DNA of 64,000 bases from an uncultured Acidobacteriota bacterium (GTDB taxonomy: Bacteria; Acidobacteriota; UBA6911), in NCBI GenBank assembly GCA_963827655.1, contig CAWHCF010000043.1:32001-96000 (forward strand), given 5' to 3'. Of the stretch, positions 1-10,700 are shown piece after piece. A model generated the notes under the pieces. The model saw nothing but the letters and a program-made list of their open reading frames with translations. It was not told the DNA's origin and ran no database searches. A program made the position numbers and the translations under genes. The first letter of the stretch is position 1; every line of letters starts with the position of its first letter.

Positions 1-940
1 GCTCAAGGAAGGGGACGTTGTGCTGCTGGTACTCCCGCTGTTCCACTGCTACGGACTGATTCTCGGACTGTTCGGGTGCACCACGTACGGCTCGACCACG
101 GTTCTGGTCAACCGGTTTGATCCCGTGGAGATTTTCAGGTTATTTGAAAAGCACCGCGTTACGGTTTTCTATGGCGCTCCGCCAATGTATGTCGGGTTCG
201 TGAATACGCCGGGTCTGGATAAGTTCGACGTTTCATCGCTCGACCGCTGCGGGTCAGGCGCGGCTCCGCTTCCGGTCGCCGTGCTGGAGCGGTTCCGGCA
301 GCTGACTGGCGTCGAGATCACGGAAGGATATGGCCTCACGGAAAGCTCTCCAACCATTTGCACCAACGCCAATGCAGAAGCCTGCCGACCTGGGACCGTG
401 GGGAAGGCTCTTCCACGAGTCGACGTGCGCATCGTTGACAATGATGGGCGCGACGTTGCGCCGGGAGAGGTTGGCGAGCTTGTCGCGCGGGGCGACAATA
501 TTTTCGTCGGGTACTGGAACAACGAACCAGCGACCCGGGAAGCCTTGCGCGACGGCTGGTTTTACACCGGCGATATGGCGCGGATGGACGAGAACGGGTA
601 TTTCAGCATCGTGGATCGCAAGAAAGACATGGTGATTGTAAGCGGATACAATGTGTACCCGGTCGAGGTAGAGAATGAACTCTTCCGGCACGCGGGCATC
701 GCCGATGCCGCAGTAATCGGGGTACCGGATCCGTATCAGGGAGAATCGGTCATGGCCGTGATCGTACCGCGCGCCGGAGCAAATCTGACCGAGGAAGAAG
801 TGATTGGCTTTTTGAAAGCTCGGCTGGCAACGTTCAAGGTTCCGAAACACGTTGCCTTTGTCGACAGTCTTCCCAAGAACCGAACGGGCAAGGTGCTGAA
901 GCGAGTCCTGCGCGAACAGTTTCGCCAGGTAGACGCCTAG
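1..940 (+). CDS. Long-chain fatty acid--CoA ligase (AMP-binding family), 5' end outside window
   Basis: PLFHCYG, EGYGLTE, WFYTGD, IVDRKKD and LPKNRTGK adenylate-forming motifs; frame is open back to the window start. Confidence 0.92.
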   Translation, partial: LKEGDVVLLVLPLFHCYGLILGLFGCTTYGSTTVLVNRFDPVEIFRLFEKHRVTVFYGAPPMYVGFVNTPGLDKFDVSSLDRCGSGAAPLPVAVLERFRQLTGVEITEGYGLTESSPTICTNANAEACRPGTVGKALPRVDVRIVDNDGRDVAPGEVGELVARGDNIFVGYWNNEPATREALRDGWFYTGDMARMDENGYFSIVDRKKDMVIVSGYNVYPVEVENELFRHAGIADAAVIGVPDPYQGESVMAVIVPRAGANLTEEEVIGFLKARLATFKVPKHVAFVDSLPKNRTGKVLKRVLREQFRQVDA

Positions 941-977
941 GAAAAGCTTGTGTCACGCAACCGCGAAGGCGCAAAGC

Positions 978-1751
978 ATGACTTTTGATCATGAGATGGA
1001 TGTGGCGCTCCGCACCGGCCGGCGTGCCGGTGAAGTCGCCCTGCGCTACTTCGCCCAGGAGGGCGCAGGCGAGCAAGAAAAAGAGGATCTCTCTCCCGTC
1101 ACCATCGCCGACACAGAATGTGAGAAGCTCATCACCCGGCTCTTGTCCGAAGAGTTCCCCGAGGACGGCATCATAGGCGAGGAAGGCGCTTTCAGAAGTT
1201 CGCGTTCAGGGCGCCGCTGGATCATTGACCCTATTGACGGCACTCGAGATTTCGTGCGCCGCACGCCTTTCTGGGCCGTTCAGATTGCGCTGGAAGCCGA
1301 TAGCCAGATAGTCCTCGGCCTTATCTATTTTCCTCGCCTCGAGGAGATGTTTCATGCCCTGAGAGGCGCCGGCTGCTTCTGGAACGATGCCCCCACCCGC
1401 GTATCTCAGGTTAACCGGCTGGAGCGAGCTCTGCTGATGATCAACGGATTCGCTCCGCTGTGGAGCAAGACAGGAACAGATCCAATCCGGTTTCTTACCG
1501 AGACCTGCTGGACCGTGCGAAGCTATAGCGGTTGTTATGACGTCACTATGATTGCCCGAGGGAAAGCGGATATCTGGATCAGCGGCAGTGGCAGGGAGTG
1601 GGATTACGCTCCGGCCAAGGTGATCGCCGAGGAATGCGGCGCCCGTTTTTTCAATATGAATGGCAACGATCGCATTGACGCGGATAACTGCATCATCTGC
1701 ACTCCGGGACTAGAACCCGACCTCCGAAAAGTGCTCTGCGCGCCGAAGTGA
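978..1751 (+). CDS. Inositol monophosphatase family protein (IMPase/HisN-like)
   Basis: WIIDPIDGTRDF and EWDYAP motifs, GIIGEE; ATG at 978 preferred over ORF-track start 948. Confidence 0.9.
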   Translation: MTFDHEMDVALRTGRRAGEVALRYFAQEGAGEQEKEDLSPVTIADTECEKLITRLLSEEFPEDGIIGEEGAFRSSRSGRRWIIDPIDGTRDFVRRTPFWAVQIALEADSQIVLGLIYFPRLEEMFHALRGAGCFWNDAPTRVSQVNRLERALLMINGFAPLWSKTGTDPIRFLTETCWTVRSYSGCYDVTMIARGKADIWISGSGREWDYAPAKVIAEECGARFFNMNGNDRIDADNCIICTPGLEPDLRKVLCAPK

Positions 1752-1787
1752 AACCACAAAACGCGAAGACCCAAGAAACACCAAAAT

Positions 1788-2012
1788 TCAATCGTAAATC
1801 GTCAATCGTAAATCGTAAATCGAGTCACGTTCGTTGCCCTGAATGAAATGGGTCGTGACCAGCGCCCGTCGAAGTGAATTTGAGGTCTTGTCCAGCTTGG
1901 AGTCAGCTGGTCAGGATAGGAGACTGGTTTTCAAATCGTAAATCGTCAATCGTAAATCGTCAATCGTGTCACGGTTCGTCGCCCTGAATGAAATGGGTCG
2001 TGACCAGCGCCC
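1788..2012. repeat. About 80-bp imperfect direct duplication (1788-1867 and 1931-2012): AATCGT(C/A) heptamer array plus 3' end of the adjacent gene
   Basis: GCCCTGAATGAAATGGGTCGTGACCAGCGCCC present in both copies, each preceded by the heptamer array. Confidence 0.92.
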
Positions 2013-3174
2013 AGTAGTCCTGGTAGAGCCCGTGATCGAAGTCGTCAAGGAAGACGGTCATTTTCTGCAACAGAGTCGTCAGCCGGTGAGGACTGACTCG
2101 AGCAGGATGGGGTTCACGCATGTTCGGAAAAGCTCGAATGAACAGGCTCTTGTCCGTAATCGGAAGTTTTTTGACATTCTCGACGAAAGTACCGAAGCTC
2201 CCGTTGGCGAACAGGTACTGCTCCACGTTTGAGGTATAAAACACCGTGACGCTGTGCCCATGTTTCTTGAGGTACTCGCCGACGCCGGCGAGCGCCTTAG
2301 GTCCCGCGAAGTCCCCAACCACGGGGATAATCCGGTTGCTGCGGTGAAGCTTGCGCAGGAACTCATAATCATCTTCGCAGGTCAGGAAATTGCCCAGCTT
2401 GCCGTGCAGGTCCTGCTGCATGATCAGGTCCTTCAAGGTTGGAAAGTATCCCCATTGCGGGCCTCCCCAATTCCCCGACCCGGAGCGGTACTGGATATTC
2501 AGATTCTCGTTTCGGAATGCGCTGTACACCGACGACAGTGAACTCTGGTCGCGCTCCGAAAGAGGAAACTGGAATTCATTCTCGATCGTGTCTCGAATGC
2601 TCGCCAGGTTGCTGTTGAAGACTTCCTCACTGGAAGGCGCCTCGTCCACATACTTCAAGATCTGATCGACCGGGCTGTCACGTCCCGGAACATCCCCTCC
2701 GTTTAGCGGCTTGCTAAACAAACGCGACAAGAACTGGACGCGATTCTCCGAAACGACAAAGATCGCCTTGAACATCAAATGCTGGATGATTGCTTGCCGG
2801 CGAATGTCAACAATGAAGGCAATTTGCGGGCGAATCTTCGCGATATACGTGAAGTTTTGATCCGGCCCTACTCCGACGTACGCCCCGCCGGTCGCTCCCA
2901 GTCTGCGCATCTTGTCGACGACGTGAAGATAAGAAGTTTCGTTTGAGATGAAATTGTCAGATCGGAAGAACCCGTCGGCTTCGGACAATTCCCGGATGAT
3001 ACGCGAAAATTCAGACGCAGGAATTGTCTCGGAGGGAACCTGTTCGAGCCAGACTGGCTGCCATGCCTGGGTGGCCGGGCTCACGCTGAGGGAGATGCCT
3101 ATGGCGAAGACACCCAGCAAGCGCCGCCACCGTTTCCGCTCTATGAAGAAAGCCACAAACCGTGGAACAGTCAT
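1969..3174 (-). CDS. Secreted hypothetical protein, possible SAM-dependent methyltransferase-like fold
   Basis: 401 aa ORF; N-terminal basic plus hydrophobic signal; GAYVGVGPDQN and AFIVDIRR resemble Rossmann motifs I and II. Confidence 0.7.
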   Translation of the reverse strand: MTVPRFVAFFIERKRWRRLLGVFAIGISLSVSPATQAWQPVWLEQVPSETIPASEFSRIIRELSEADGFFRSDNFISNETSYLHVVDKMRRLGATGGAYVGVGPDQNFTYIAKIRPQIAFIVDIRRQAIIQHLMFKAIFVVSENRVQFLSRLFSKPLNGGDVPGRDSPVDQILKYVDEAPSSEEVFNSNLASIRDTIENEFQFPLSERDQSSLSSVYSAFRNENLNIQYRSGSGNWGGPQWGYFPTLKDLIMQQDLHGKLGNFLTCEDDYEFLRKLHRSNRIIPVVGDFAGPKALAGVGEYLKKHGHSVTVFYTSNVEQYLFANGSFGTFVENVKKLPITDKSLFIRAFPNMREPHPARVSPHRLTTLLQKMTVFLDDFDHGLYQDYWALVTTHFIQGDEP

Positions 3175-3362
3175 CCGGCGACCACCTCCACCCTCCTTAC
3201 CAGAAGCATCTCACCGGCTAGTTGAACATGCGCTGAGCGCTTCGCAAGCATTTCGCGAAATGCTGCCCTATGCGCCCCGGCCACGTCAACAGCAATGATG
3301 GAATCGGCGTGCAAAAAGGAAGAAGACATCCCGATTTTACTCTGTGGTAACATCACTGCATC

Positions 3363-4376
3363 ATGCAAGCGGTCGTATTTTTGGGCTCCGGGCGGTGGGA
3401 GATCCAGGAGGTGGAGGAACCGCGCCTGGAACGCCCTGATGATGTCCTGCTCGCCGTAGAGCGGGCTGGAATCTGCGGCACCGATCTGCACATTTTATCG
3501 GATCCTCCGAGACATCCCGCCACGCCTGGCTGCATTCTTGGACATGAGTATGTAGCCCGGGTTGTCGAATGCGGCCGGACTGTGACCACTCTCGAGAAAG
3601 GCGACCGCGTGGTAGTGGATCCCAACATCCCGTGCGGGGATTGCGAATTCTGCCGCCCGGGTCGCACCAACCTGTGCCGCAACCTGACAGCGCTCGGTAT
3701 TTTCCTCAACGGCGGACTGGCGCGCTACAGCGTCGCTCCAGCAAGCGCGCTGCACAAAATCGCTCCAGACGTGGCCCCGGAGCGAGCCGTCCTGGCCGAG
3801 CCACTGTCTTGCATCTTTGCAGCCTATGACAAGGCTCCGGCCCGCCCCGGCGACAGCGTCGTGATCCTCGGCGCCGGACCCATCGGCCTGGCATTCATCC
3901 TGCTCTACCGAAAGATGGGAGCGGGAACGATCGTCGCCGTGGAGCCGCGCGAGCTTCGGCGCCGCATCGCCTTGGATCTGGGAGCCGATCGCGTACTCGA
4001 CTTCCATGCCGATGGGCTGCTTTCAAAGATCAGCGATACCTTACCCGGGGGCGCCAGCATCGTCATAGATGCCGCCGGTAGCCTGCTGGGTCCGGCGCTC
4101 GAAGTTGTCCGGCCCGGAGGCACGGTCGTGCTCTTCGGGATGGTTGAAAGAACTTCGGCACCAGTTTCTCAATACGATTTGACCCGGAGAGAGCTCACCA
4201 TTGTCGGCTCGTTCATCCAGACCAACACGTTTCCCAAGGTTACGGAGGCGCTGCGTCAGAAGGATTTTCCGATCGAAAAGATCATCTCGCACTCTCTTCC
4301 CCTGGGCCGGATCGGCGAGGCCTTCGAATCGATGAGAAAGGGTCTCGCGCTCAAGGTCATCCTTGACCCCAATTAA
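3363..4376 (+). CDS. Zn-dependent alcohol/polyol dehydrogenase (MDR family)
   Basis: GICGTD, GHE, CGDCEFC...C structural Zn site, GAGPIG NAD motif. Confidence 0.93.
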   Translation: MQAVVFLGSGRWEIQEVEEPRLERPDDVLLAVERAGICGTDLHILSDPPRHPATPGCILGHEYVARVVECGRTVTTLEKGDRVVVDPNIPCGDCEFCRPGRTNLCRNLTALGIFLNGGLARYSVAPASALHKIAPDVAPERAVLAEPLSCIFAAYDKAPARPGDSVVILGAGPIGLAFILLYRKMGAGTIVAVEPRELRRRIALDLGADRVLDFHADGLLSKISDTLPGGASIVIDAAGSLLGPALEVVRPGGTVVLFGMVERTSAPVSQYDLTRRELTIVGSFIQTNTFPKVTEALRQKDFPIEKIISHSLPLGRIGEAFESMRKGLALKVILDPN

Positions 4377-4406
4377 ACCAGCGCCGCCACGAAGACGCGA
4401 AATCAC

Positions 4407-5722
4407 TTGTACCGACCGGCCCGTCGACCGATTTTCTGGACAGCAATATTTCTTGGCCGGACAAGCCTGGCAATCTGCCAGCCTAGCCCGATATTTATAG
4501 GAGACCTCCGAACTTCGTTCCTCTTTTCCTTCATAGTCCAGTGTCTTACCTTGCGGACAGCGGAAACTATTGGTCTCGGGATCGTAGACGAACTGCGACG
4601 TGTGATACTCTGAAGTCACTCCCCGTCTCTCGTACGATTTTGTTCCCTTGCTCTGGTCATCACACTGTGGCCCGATGAACTCCACTCCCCGCGCCTTCAT
4701 ATGGACGAGGTTATCTCGGCTGACATAGCCTCCATCAACCATTACCTGCTTTGGCTGCTTCCCTAGATTCTGTTCCACTCTGTCCACACCGGGCCTCAGT
4801 TGTCCAAAGTCGTTGCCCGCCTGCGTTACCCCAACAGCTACGATCACTCCGTTGGCTGCATCGGTGTTGAGCTGTACGTTATAGCTGGCTGCAAACCCTC
4901 CGTCCGGTTGCTTCATCACTCGTGCTTCCGGGTCCGTCGTGCTCACTCGCATCTTGCTCTTGTCTGTCCCACTTCCTTCCGCCCGCAGTTTCTCTAATTC
5001 CTTCTGCGCCGCTTCCAGTCGCTCCTTTCGCTCGCGCCGCGCTCGCTCGCGGGCCTTGGCCATTCGCTCGCTCGATTCTTCCTCCGCCATCTTCGTGATC
5101 GCTTCTATCTGCTCCTGTGCTTTTCGCAGTCGATCCTGGATTCCGTCATCCCTTCGGAAACTGTCCGAGGCTGCCGAGGCTTTGATCTTCGTTCCGTCTT
5201 GTGTCACCCGCTCGAGCGTGATCAAACCATCTCCGCTCAGTACGGCCAATACCTGTACGAACAGTCCATTTAGCTCTTCCTCGTGTCCTACTCGAAAATC
5301 CGACAGCGTGTGCCCGCTGATCCCCTCCATCCCTGTTAGCCACTGATAGGCCGGATCGCATTCGCACAATCGAGCAATCGCCCGGGCCGAGCCCACTCCC
5401 TGGCTATAGGCGTAAACCCACAGACTAATCAAAAGCTGAGGACTCAGTGCCGATCGACCCGCTTTCCCTTCCAATGCACGTACTTGCTCTTCATACTCAC
5501 TCAGATTCAATCCACCCACAAAATCCCAGATCGCTCGTGCCACATGCTCCTCTGGAATCAGCCGCTCAATATCCAACATCCGCCACTGTAGCTGCTTCCG
5601 GTCGACTGCTTTAAACCGCGGCTTGCACGGCCCGATCCCACTTTCATTCTCTTCTATCTTATTGTCTGCAGCGCCACATCCTCCTTGCTCCAAGCCTGGC
5701 AATCTCGCTTGTTCACTTTCCA
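4407..5722 (-). mobile_element. IS1182-family transposase, 3'-truncated
   Basis: DUF772-like N-terminus (LIPEEHVARAI, YAYSQGVGSARAIARLCE..PAYQWL), DGTKIKASAA, STTDPEARVMK, YNVQ, DGGY, CPQGK, CQACPAK..CC; homology stops at about 4407 before the VEPVFG-type C-terminal motif; visibly more AT-rich than flanks. Confidence 0.85.
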
Positions 5723-5915
5723 TGCTGGCCACTCCGTGATTTACTTCCGGCCTTCCGGACACGACGAAGTACCAGCGTATTGCGATCCTCAACTACCCAG
5801 TCAATCTCCTCCCCTTTTTCCAACTCCATGGCCTGTGCTAGTGGGGCTGGGCAGATGAAATAGTACTGACGCGTGTCGTTTGCTCGCTCGATCACTTGCA
5901 CTTTGGTAAGGTATC
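5713..5915 (-). pseudogene. Small AbrB-like protein of the type often adjacent to transposases, start apparently lost
   Basis: YLTKVQVIERANDTRQYYFICPAPLAQAMELEKGEEIDWVVEDRNTLVLRR; in-frame TGA immediately upstream of Tyr codon. Confidence 0.6.
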
Positions 5916-5931
5916 AAGGACACGTGTCAGT

Positions 5932-7749
5932 TCACGTCTTTGATCGAACGGTTACAACCGCAACCGCTCCCGTGTTCATATCCTCCCGGTAAGGCCGGCT
6001 GAGGTGAACGTCGGCGTCCTTGAGACGCAAGAAATCTTTGAGTCCCGAGAGCCGCGGCCCTTGTGTTGTGGTCACGTCTTCCCCGCGGATACGGCCGAAG
6101 AGGGTGAGTTCAATCCCGAGCGGATCATGCACCTGTTCTACCAGATTCCCTTTTGCATCCGCATATTCTCCGGTCCGGCCGCAATACGGACATAGTTCTA
6201 CATCAGCGTGCAGAGGATGAGCGTGTTCGACCTCGTAATGAACGCTCGCCGCCACCCTCCAGTAGAGGCCGGCTTCCGAGCCTGCAGAGACCCGGACCCG
6301 CTGAGCGGATTCCGCCTCGAGCCGAGTCCAGAAAAAGCGGATGTGGACGGCATGCGCGTGCCGCAGCCCTTCGACGGAATCCCAGGGATTGAGATGTTCG
6401 ACCGAAAGCGCCAGATCAGCCCCCTCGTTCAGTGTGACTTCGGCGGAGTGATATCCGGCTGAACGAAACCGCTGCTCGAGAAACGCCACGAAATCGCGAT
6501 AGGTGGGAAAATTTTGAGCCGGAGTCTGGAACCAGAGGTTCGGAAAGCGGGGTGTTTCAGTCCGGAACAGCGACTTTCCCGGAAGGTCGAAAGGAAGAGC
6601 CGGGTCGATTCGGCTTGCCTGAGGAGAACCGGGTAAGATGCCGGCCTTCCTGCGCAGAGCGCTTCCCTCGTCGGTTCGCAGCAGGAACTCCGGGCTGGCG
6701 CCCGCTCGTCTTTCAACCTGGGCGTCAAGCGCCGCCGGCCGATCCTTCCAATCCGGCCACTCCGTCTTGGGCCGGAAGTTGTAGGCCAGGCAATTCTGCT
6801 GAAGGGCAGCGTTGTTCCAGCGTGAAACGGCTAGCCGGTTGGGCGCCGACAGGTGGGCGGCGAGATCGACCTGTTGGTCAAAACGGATGAAATCGTCCCA
6901 GCTTCCTTCAAATCGCACAGGCCAGCCGGAAGTGCGGGGATGCGTCGGATGCTGTCTCCCCTCCCCGCGAAGTTTTTGAAATGCGGCGAAGTTGTAGTTC
7001 TTCAGATTGCCCGGCCGCTGCAGGTCCAGGTAGCGTTGCTCGGTATCGTCGGCGTTAGCCTGAATCTCGAGCGTCTCCCAGCCGGTCGGAAGCGAGCCAT
7101 GCTTTCCCCATTGAACGTTCACTCTGGGACGGCCATTGTGCGCGACCGCGTCGCGGACGGCCTCCGCCGAAGACAGAATTCTCCCGTGGAAGTAGGTGTA
7201 GAGCTCCGTCAGCGCGTTGCTGGCCGGATCGTAACGGACCCAAACCAGCTCGTGGTCGCAGGGATCGTTGTCGGCGGGAAAGTCAATATCATCCTCCCAG
7301 AAGAAGTGGTAAGCGATCAGAGGCTCGTCCGGATGATGAATGGCAACGGCGTCCAGCAGGCGGAAAGGGTCCGAGCGCACCTGGAAGAGCCGCGGCGAAA
7401 AACGGAGCATCGCGGCGCGTCTCCGTTCGTCCAGGGGAAGCAGCGGGTCCAGCTCCAGCAGCCGGCGATAGTGTGAAGCCGCTTCGTCCAGGCGTCTCCG
7501 GAGATGCAGCGCGTGCGCCAGCCATGCATGACCCAGGGCGTTGCCGGGTCCCAGGCGCAGCGAGCCCTCGAACAGAGGTAGAGCTTCCCTGAAGTCTTCC
7601 TGCGCGAGCCGCTCGATGCCGAGCAGCAGCAGTTGCCGCGGATCGCTCCAGAATGCCGAATCCTGCGCCGGCGGGCGGGCAGGAAGAAGCGAAGCCCAGG
7701 CACCAACAAGTACGAAAAGCGCGACTCTACCGCGATGACGCGAAGGCAC
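5932..7749 (-). CDS. Secreted TPR-containing hypothetical protein with two His/Asp/Cys-rich domains
   Basis: Signal peptide, TPR-like helices near the N-terminus, YHFFWEDDIDFP..DPCDHE motif, C-terminal HAHAVH/HYEVEHAHPLH/CPYC; directly downstream of TonB receptor. Confidence 0.75.
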   Translation of the reverse strand: MPSRHRGRVALFVLVGAWASLLPARPPAQDSAFWSDPRQLLLLGIERLAQEDFREALPLFEGSLRLGPGNALGHAWLAHALHLRRRLDEAASHYRRLLELDPLLPLDERRRAAMLRFSPRLFQVRSDPFRLLDAVAIHHPDEPLIAYHFFWEDDIDFPADNDPCDHELVWVRYDPASNALTELYTYFHGRILSSAEAVRDAVAHNGRPRVNVQWGKHGSLPTGWETLEIQANADDTEQRYLDLQRPGNLKNYNFAAFQKLRGEGRQHPTHPRTSGWPVRFEGSWDDFIRFDQQVDLAAHLSAPNRLAVSRWNNAALQQNCLAYNFRPKTEWPDWKDRPAALDAQVERRAGASPEFLLRTDEGSALRRKAGILPGSPQASRIDPALPFDLPGKSLFRTETPRFPNLWFQTPAQNFPTYRDFVAFLEQRFRSAGYHSAEVTLNEGADLALSVEHLNPWDSVEGLRHAHAVHIRFFWTRLEAESAQRVRVSAGSEAGLYWRVAASVHYEVEHAHPLHADVELCPYCGRTGEYADAKGNLVEQVHDPLGIELTLFGRIRGEDVTTTQGPRLSGLKDFLRLKDADVHLSRPYREDMNTGAVAVVTVRSKT

Positions 7750-7769
7750 GGAGGTTCTTTGCCGGCGCG

Positions 7770-10700
7770 CTAGAAGTAGTACTTGAGCGCAAACTGAATT
7801 ATGCGCGCATTCCGGGCCGACAGGATCTGTCCGAATCCGCTGGCCTCGGCCCGGATGTCCGGCGGATCGAGATTCGCCCGGTTGAAGGCATTGAAGAACT
7901 CGGTTCGGAACTGAAAGTAGTTGTTCTCACTGACCGAAAAATTCTTGGCCAGCGTGAAATCGAAGCTGGTGAATCCGGGGCCGCGCATGATTCCGACGCC
8001 GGAGTTCCCGAAGGCCTGGGGCGAGGGACTGAAACCCGTGGTGAAGGCCGCCGTGTTGAACCACTTCTCCACTGTCTGCTGGGAAGAAGAGAATTCGGCT
8101 TCCTGTCCCGGCACCCGGTTCGGTCGAGCTCTTCGCTCCCCGCCCAGGCCCAGGACCGTTCCGCCTCCCAGGGTAGCGGTCAGCCCGAGACCGCTCTGAT
8201 AGGAATGGATGCCATTGATCTGCCAGCCGCCCAGGAGGAGATCGGTCGCTCGATTCCAGTTCTGGCCCACCCGGCGTCCGCGGCCGAATGGCAACTCGTA
8301 GATATAGCTCGCGACGAATCGGTGCTTGACGTCGAATTCGGCGAGACCGCGCTCTGCCTTCAGATTGTTTGGATTCTGGGGCTCACGGAAGGTTCCGGTG
8401 TCGAGCCCCGGCCCTCCGCCACTGGTCGAAATGTGATCGGGCGCCTCGGTCAATGCCTTGCCGAAGGTATAGCTGAAGAGAGTCGAGAGTCCGGCGGAGA
8501 AACGTTTTTCAAGACGCCCCTGCAGCGAGTTGTAACTCGAGAGCACGCGGTTTTCCATCCACTGGATATCGCCGAAGCTGGGATACGGCCTCCCGCCGAC
8601 GGCCTGGGAACCGTCAGGGTTGACGGTGAAGAAACGCTGGTTCAGATTGCGAAATCCGTTCAGTTTTGTGCCCTTGTTCCCGACATAAGCAATGTCGAAG
8701 AGCCAGTCCTGCACGAATTCGTACTGAATGCCGAAGTTGTACTGCTGGATGTACGGACTGCGCTGGTTGGGATCCTGCGAACGGCGCAGAATGGTCGGAG
8801 CCAGCGAATTCGGGTCGAGCAGGCCCGAGGGGTAGCCGTCCTGAAGCCGGAAGGGCGCTGCCGATGCCACGGCTGCCGCGCCGGTCACGGCCGTGTTCAG
8901 CAGGTTATCGACCAGAAACGGAGGATTGAACCCGAGCAGGCCTTCTCTTCCCTGCCGAACCGTGTGAGTGTAGAAAACGCCGTAAGCGCCCCGTATCACC
9001 CAGCGTGAAGCGGGCGTGTAAGCAAAGCCGAAGCGCGGCGCCCAGTTGTTGCGATCGGGATGAATCAAAGCCCGGTCGAAAATGCCGCCGTCCTTGGCAA
9101 ACAGCATGGTGCCGGTTGCCGGATCAAAATTGGCGAACTGATTGTCCCTCTCGCGCGGCGGCGTCGCATACTCGTAGCGAAGTCCCAGGTTCAACGTGAA
9201 CTTGGAAGTGAGCTTGAAGTCATCCTGAAGGAAGTAGAAATACATATCCTGGCCCTGATCCATGACCGTGAAGCTGGTCAGGGCTAATTCAGTAGGCACT
9301 CCGAGCAACAAGTCTCCGACCGATCGTCCGGTGAAGCGGTTGTCGAAGTTGATGCGTCCGATGGTTGCGTTCAAGTCGTTGATCCGGGTCTGGACGTGGA
9401 GGAACTCAGTCCCGAATCTGAAGAAATGCCGACCGCGGGTAAGGCTGAAGGTCGCGCGCGGATTCCAGGAGCGCGGTGTCTGAAACTGGGGCGTGGAGGT
9501 GTGGCGGCCAACCGCATCGAACCCCTGCAGGTTGATCTTGGGGATTCCGCCCGTGATCGCCGGATCGTTCGGAACATTCTTCAGGCCGATCTGCGCCGGG
9601 CCGTCCACGCCGTAGTTGGGCGGATTGGTGAAGAAATTTCCCCGAGACCACCCGAAACGGAAGTCTGCCAGGAAAGAAGGCGAGAGGGTCCAGGTCAGGC
9701 CCAGAGCCAGTCCTTGCGACCGATTCAAGTTGGCCCCAAACGCGTCGTTGAAGGAGCCTTCGGCCAGGCCCTCGAAAGGAGCGCGGACGAAACGTATCGG
9801 TGTCCACGAAACTGTAGCGGCCGAAAAGATTCAAAGTGGGACTGAACTGGTGATCGGCTCGGACGTCGAACTGATCGGTCCGTGTCCGGGTGATCGGAGT
9901 CGACGCATAGACATTTCTGCCGGCGACGTTAGGATCTGGAATCAAGGCGGCGATGTTGGCGCCGACGGGATCCCAGCGGCTCGCCGGTATGACCCACAGC
10001 CCTTGCGCGTTGCGGCCGAACTCAGGCCGGCCCGGCGCGAATGGATCGACCACGGCTACGCTGAAGAGGCCGGCCTTTTCCCGGCGGTCGGAAGAGTCCT
10101 GGCGCGCGGCACTCCTTCCCGCTCGCGCAGTCCCTCGTAATCCGCAAACCAGAAAGTCCTGTTTCTGACCAGAGGGCCGCCCACGGCAGCGCCGAACTGA
10201 TTTCTCTTCCGTACCGGTTTGGGCGCGCCCAGCGCATTCGAGAAGAAGTTGTTTGCGTCCAGAACGTCGTTGCGCAGAAACTCGTAAAGACTGCCGTGCA
10301 GATTGTTGGTTCCCGACTTGATGGTGGCGTTCACCACAGCGCCTGAACTGCGGCCGAATTCTGCCGAGTACGCGTTGGTCTGGATTTTGAATTCCTGGAG
10401 CGCCTCAACCGAGGGCTGGACCATCTGGACGTTTTCACCACGAAAGGAGTTGGAATAGGAAATATTGTCCACTCCATCGAGGAGGAAGACGTTGTTGAAC
10501 GTCCGGTTGCCATTCACATTAAGGACGCCTTTGAAGTTGACGGCGGCCAGCCGAGGCGTTCCGGGCAACACCCCGGGTGAAAGGAGCGCAAGCTGGTTGT
10601 AGTCGCGTCCGTTGAGAGGAAGGTCGACAATTTTCTTCTGATCGATCACGGAGCCCCGGGACGAAGTGTCGGCTTCGAGCAGCGGAGCGGACGCGCTCAC

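Noticed and set aside
1788-2012. Duplication as a DGR template/variable repeat pair
   Set aside because: Differences are few and not adenine-specific, include an indel, and no reverse transcriptase is present
4041-4406. C-terminal extension of the 583-aa transposase ORF
   Set aside because: It is antisense read-through over the Zn-dehydrogenase gene after truncation
7653-9008. Long antisense ORFs (also 50744-52252, 56703-57797, 39297-40271)
   Set aside because: Shadow ORFs opposite well-supported genes in GC-rich DNA with no recognisable motifs
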